A stretch of DNA of 64,000 nt, from positions 800,001-864,000 of the forward strand of contig CAWELD010000010.1 of assembly GCA_963809895.1 (NCBI GenBank), written 5' to 3'. The DNA is from an uncultured Gemmatimonadales bacterium. GTDB lineage: Bacteria > Gemmatimonadota > Gemmatimonadetes > Longimicrobiales > Gaopeijiaceae. Within the stretch, counting starts at the first letter, position 1. Each line of letters starts with the position of its first letter. A program made the position numbers and the translations under genes. Shown here in pieces: positions 60,070 to 64,000 of this stretch. The notes under the pieces were generated by a model that worked only from the letters and a program-made list of their open reading frames with translations, made no database searches and had not been told where the DNA came from.

Positions 60070-60705
60070 CTACCGAGGCATCCAGTTGGACGGAAGAGAC
60101 CCGAAGGCGGGAGATGCTCGGAGGTGCCCGATCACCCGCCGATTCCCCGCCGCCGCGTCGCCTTCCGGCACCCGATCGCGACAGATGCCCCAGGGCCGGA
60201 TGATGAACCTGGCGTAGGCTTCGACGACCCGGCGCGTTACCGCGTCGTCGGCCCCGCACGTGGGCCGCACACCCTCGAAGTCCCGCTCGCGCACCCTCGG
60301 TGCCTTCAGGCCCAGCTTGACGTCCACGCAGTGGCCGACCTCGTGCATGACCGTGAATTCCAGCTGGGGCAACGGGTTCTGCCACCGATTGCGGGGGATG
60401 CCGATGAGGCCGAGGCCCGGTGTGATCACGAGGCGCTGCACGTCTTCGTCCGGCACGCCCGTGTTGTGCTCATGATGCGCGAACAGGCTGGAGACCTCAT
60501 GCGGTCTCCACGTGCCTCCGCCGGGGCCCCGGGCGGGCTTGTTCTCGATGATGAAGATGGGGAACAGTACTCTCAGATGCTGCTGCGGCATGCGGCTCAA
60601 CACCCTGGCCAGTCCGCGCGCCTTCGCTTGCCAACCGGGCGAGTCGATGAAGTTGTGGAAGTGGATGACACTTCCGCCGACCGGCACTCTCAGATGCTCG
60701 TACAT
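60070..60705 (-). CDS. Hypothetical protein with zincin motif
   Basis: AGGAGGAG RBS, HEVGH, later EAYA. Confidence 0.7.
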   Translation of the reverse strand: MYEHLRVPVGGSVIHFHNFIDSPGWQAKARGLARVLSRMPQQHLRVLFPIFIIENKPARGPGGGTWRPHEVSSLFAHHEHNTGVPDEDVQRLVITPGLGLIGIPRNRWQNPLPQLEFTVMHEVGHCVDVKLGLKAPRVRERDFEGVRPTCGADDAVTRRVVEAYARFIIRPWGICRDRVPEGDAAAGNRRVIGHLRASPAFGSLPSNWMPR

Positions 60706-60800
60706 GGCTCCTCCTGCGCTCAGGGTAGAGAGTAGGGACGTGGAGCGGCAAGGGAACGGGTCCGGGGAGGGGGTGAGGACGACGTCGCGAAGAGGAGAGC

Positions 60801-61664
60801 GTGAACATGTGGAGATTCGTGGATGTGATCGTAGTTCCGTACGACAGCGGCAGGCGTGGGTACCGGATGGGTGATGGGCCCACCGCCCTCGTGGACGGCG
60901 GGATCGAGAAGGCGCTTCGCGACACGGGAGTCGACGTATCGGTCCGTTGGGTCGAATCCGAAGATGGGGAGCCGCTGGCGACGGCGGTGGCGCACGCGGA
61001 GCGGGTCGCCGGGATGGTCCGCCATGCTCGGGCGCAGGGTCGGTTTCCGGTCGTGCTTGCCGGAAACTGCATCACCACCCTGGGAGGATTCGCCGGGGCG
61101 CGAGGGGCGGGCACCGGGCTGATCTGGCTCGATGCCCATGGGGACCTGAACACCCCCGAGACCAGCCCGAGCGGCTTTCTCGACGGCATGGGTCTCGCCG
61201 CCATCCTCGGCTGGTGCCATCGTGAGGCATTCGCGGCGGTGGGCGGTGAGAGTGACGAGCACCTCCTGGAGGAGCAGAACCTCCTGCTCGTCGGAGCTCG
61301 CGACTTCGATCCCGCCGAGGAACGAGCCATCGGATCGGGAATGGTCGCGCTCATGTCTCCTGCGGAGGCGTCAGACCAGGCGACGCGTGCTGCTCGGATC
61401 GGGGACTTCTGCGCGCCGCTGGATGACGTCTATGTGCACCTGGACCTGGACGTGCTGGACCCGGATGAGCGAGGCCCCGCGAATCACTTCCGCACGCCGG
61501 GAGGGTTGAGGCTCGACGACGTCCTCGCGCTCATCCGGGATGTGGCGTCGCAGCGGCCCGTGGTGGGCCTCACCGTGTCGGCCTACGATCCCGCCGTGGA
61601 CTCGAAAGGCCGCGTCGGCGAGGCCGCCCTGCTCTTGGTTCAGGAGGTCGCACACCTGGGATGA
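60801..61664 (+). CDS. Arginase/ureohydrolase family protein
   Basis: WLDAHGDLNTPETSPSG, VGARD, HLDLDVLDP, PGGL. Confidence 0.9.
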   Translation: MNMWRFVDVIVVPYDSGRRGYRMGDGPTALVDGGIEKALRDTGVDVSVRWVESEDGEPLATAVAHAERVAGMVRHARAQGRFPVVLAGNCITTLGGFAGARGAGTGLIWLDAHGDLNTPETSPSGFLDGMGLAAILGWCHREAFAAVGGESDEHLLEEQNLLLVGARDFDPAEERAIGSGMVALMSPAEASDQATRAARIGDFCAPLDDVYVHLDLDVLDPDERGPANHFRTPGGLRLDDVLALIRDVASQRPVVGLTVSAYDPAVDSKGRVGEAALLLVQEVAHLG

Positions 61665-61677
61665 GCCGCTCCGGGCT

Positions 61678-63999
61678 TCAGCCGCCCCCCGGCAGCCCCC
61701 CGCGATCGTCGATCCCGTCCATGATCTTCAGATATTGATGTCGGGCGATGAACATATCCTTGAGCGGGATCGTGCCCGGATACATGAGAGGCACGAGATG
61801 CGCGCTCTCCTGGTTGCCTTCGGTCGAGGACTTGTTCCAGCCGCGCGAGCCATCGGGTGCGATGAGGAATCCCTCGATACCCTCGTACCAGATCGCATCG
61901 CCGGCGGCCCAGGCGTCGTTCCGGACGCTCGCCGCCTCTCCCTGTTGGAACTTGTTGGCGATGTACGGCAGGTGTTCCAACCAGAGCGCGTGCCCGATCT
62001 CGTGGACGATACCTTCCACCATTCGGGCTTGGACCGACGGATCGTCCTCCATGGCGAACACGATACGTGCGGGCCCACCCTGACCGATCTCGCGCGGGGT
62101 GGAGCCCCCCCGGATTCCCTCGATGCCGGCTGCCGGATCCGGCGGCCGGCCGGCGAGGATTCCGATCTGGATCGTGGCCGCGTCGTCGTATGAGATGCCG
62201 GCCACCGTCGACAGGAGGGGGCTGTCCTTCCAGTAGTCGAGGATGCCCTCGGCGCAGGTGTTTCCGCAGTTGAGCGGTGCGTCACCCAGGAGTCGGTCTC
62301 GCTGCCACTCGGTGGGCCAGGGCAGCACGCCACCGTAGGCCAGGTCGACGGACGCCACCGGGAACAGTGCCTTGGCCAACTCCCCGGCCCGGCCCACCAA
62401 CGGTTCGACCCACGGCCTCACGTCCGTCTCGATATCGAGGTCTCGCCACTGGTTCACGTCGACGAGGAACCACTGCACGGTCATCTTGGGCGTGCGAGGC
62501 CACTTCGGTGTCGAGCAGGCCGAGTAGGCGCTGCCCCCTGACGACTCGTCGGGATCGGCCGGAAACTCGACCTTCACCCGCACCGATGCCGGCATGTCGG
62601 CGGTGGGGGTGAAGAAGACCTGGGCCGTGTGCTCGGCGGCGCCCTCGTCGACGTTGTAGGCCTGCCAGAGATCCGGGCGCACGAAGTGGGCATCGGTACT
62701 CGCGAACTCCATCCCGTTGTTCATGAGCGAGACCCGCGCGTCGAACTCGCGGAGCTGCGCGTCGGGATTCACCTCGGGGTGGGGGCGCCAGTCGGCGTAG
62801 ATGCGCGCGACGGCGGGCTTGCCCGCGATGAGCGGCGCGTCCCGCACGGTCTGGAAGACGTGACACGAGAGATTCGAGGTACCCGGAGCGGCGTTCTCGT
62901 CGGGAACGAAGTCGGGCCGCGTCGTGAACGACCATTTGTACCATCCGTCGCCGTCGTCGTCGGAGATCTCGTTCCCGCCTCCGTCCAGCACGCCGTCCCA
63001 GCCGGTCTTCACCCAGGCCGTGTAGCGCACGCCTCCCATGAGGTCGTTGACAGGTTTGATCCAGGCCATGTTCCCGCGCCGGAAGAGGCGCACGTCGACG
63101 GCCACGGGCGAGCCCTGCCCGGGCGCCGGGTAGGTCAGCCTGAAGCGGTCGGTGTCCAGGGTTTCGGCGGCGTAGTCCCTGGAGAAGTACACCGCGACGT
63201 TGGGCCTGCGATTGTAGAGAAAGGTGTCACCGTCGTCAGGCGTCACGCGGTCGATCCCCAGCCCGGCCGGGCCGCAGCGATCGTAGAGCAGCACGCCGTC
63301 GCGTTGCGCGGCCTGGAGATCGAGGCTGAAGTCGCCGTCGAGCGTTACGGTCTGGAGGTCGCTCTTCTGGTCCGGGTTCTGAAGGGTCAGCGTCAACCGT
63401 CCGCCGGCGCGGTCGTAGGGGATGAAGAGGAGGCCGACCTCGCCCTGGGCGGACCCGAAGGTCTCGCCGTCCTGGAGACCGAGAGGCGACACGGCCGGGA
63501 TGGGCACGGTGTCCTGGACCTCGACCGCCTGGGGATCGACTCCCGCCAGATCCTTGATCATGGCCCGCGCTTCCGGAGGCAGGTCGGAGACCTCCGGCAT
63601 CATGCGCTGGATCATGCCGCCGATCCCCTCGGGCCCGATCACGTTCGCCCCCGAGAGCATGCCGCGGAACAGGCGGTAGCGCTCGTCCGTGTCCTCGAGA
63701 AGGAGCACGACGTCCGGTGACCGGATCGTGTAGATCGCACCGCCGTCGACGAGCCCCTGCAGATCCGCGATGAAGCCGAGATGGGCCAGATGGGCGTTGT
63801 CCCATGCACTGAACATGAAACGGCAGCCGCGTCCCGCTCCCAGCGAGGAGAGGTGGATGCCCGCCACCGGACGGATGCGGCCCTTGAACTCGAAGTCGAC
63901 GTCGCCCGAGACCGAGAGCCGGATGGCGGTGCGCGCCGCGTCGGTGGGCCTGGTGTCGAGGGGCTGGAACCCCTGGACGTCGTCGGCCCCGGCGACGGT
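61678..63999 (-). CDS. Large protein with Ig-like (Big_5-like) domain and C-terminal zinc-peptidase motif, 5' truncated
   Basis: Frame open to the window edge; VTPDDG...WSFTT Ig-like segment, PLIAGKPAVARIY, HEIGHALWLEH, PLMYP. Confidence 0.75.
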   Translation of the reverse strand, partial: TVAGADDVQGFQPLDTRPTDAARTAIRLSVSGDVDFEFKGRIRPVAGIHLSSLGAGRGCRFMFSAWDNAHLAHLGFIADLQGLVDGGAIYTIRSPDVVLLLEDTDERYRLFRGMLSGANVIGPEGIGGMIQRMMPEVSDLPPEARAMIKDLAGVDPQAVEVQDTVPIPAVSPLGLQDGETFGSAQGEVGLLFIPYDRAGGRLTLTLQNPDQKSDLQTVTLDGDFSLDLQAAQRDGVLLYDRCGPAGLGIDRVTPDDGDTFLYNRRPNVAVYFSRDYAAETLDTDRFRLTYPAPGQGSPVAVDVRLFRRGNMAWIKPVNDLMGGVRYTAWVKTGWDGVLDGGGNEISDDDGDGWYKWSFTTRPDFVPDENAAPGTSNLSCHVFQTVRDAPLIAGKPAVARIYADWRPHPEVNPDAQLREFDARVSLMNNGMEFASTDAHFVRPDLWQAYNVDEGAAEHTAQVFFTPTADMPASVRVKVEFPADPDESSGGSAYSACSTPKWPRTPKMTVQWFLVDVNQWRDLDIETDVRPWVEPLVGRAGELAKALFPVASVDLAYGGVLPWPTEWQRDRLLGDAPLNCGNTCAEGILDYWKDSPLLSTVAGISYDDAATIQIGILAGRPPDPAAGIEGIRGGSTPREIGQGGPARIVFAMEDDPSVQARMVEGIVHEIGHALWLEHLPYIANKFQQGEAASVRNDAWAAGDAIWYEGIEGFLIAPDGSRGWNKSSTEGNQESAHLVPLMYPGTIPLKDMFIARHQYLKIMDGIDDRGGLPGGG

Positions 64000-64000
64000 G

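Noticed and set aside
60740..60780. G-rich stretch resembling a REP element
   Set aside because: Single partial copy with no complementary arm.

Overview
High-GC bacterial DNA. Gene content (Hanks kinases with PD40 or TPR tails, a PadR + ADOP permease pair, Ig-domain lipoproteins) suggests Gemmatimonadota; this is inference. Bases 1-42.8 kb are an exosortase/PEP-CTERM-associated glycan locus. It holds exosortase (5' truncated), EpsI, two PEP-CTERM proteins each directly preceded by a paralogous 4-TM HpsJ-like protein, 9 glycosyltransferases, 2 sulfotransferases, an ABC flippase-like exporter, an O-antigen-ligase-like protein, 3 polysaccharide deacetylases, 2 ATP-grasp ligases, 3 asparagine-synthetase-like PP-loop proteins, and CapK-like, FemAB-like, DegT-like and LMW-PTP genes. 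It also holds an Ig-stalk lipoprotein with a lyase/lectin-like tip and a VanZ / TonB-receptor-like / lipoprotein operon. Two intergenic regions share an enhancer-palindrome / IHF-like / sigma54 layout. A stand-alone tRNA-Ile(GAT) closes the locus. The remaining 21 kb is accessory: two Ser/Thr kinases, an M13 peptidase, three uncharacterised zincins, a MenA1/MenT1-like pair coupled to one kinase, AbiEi-DUF559, PadR-ADOP and an arginase-family gene. At least 8 genes are frameshifted, nearly all by single extra bases, most likely assembly errors. All family calls come from motif recognition by eye; no searches were run.
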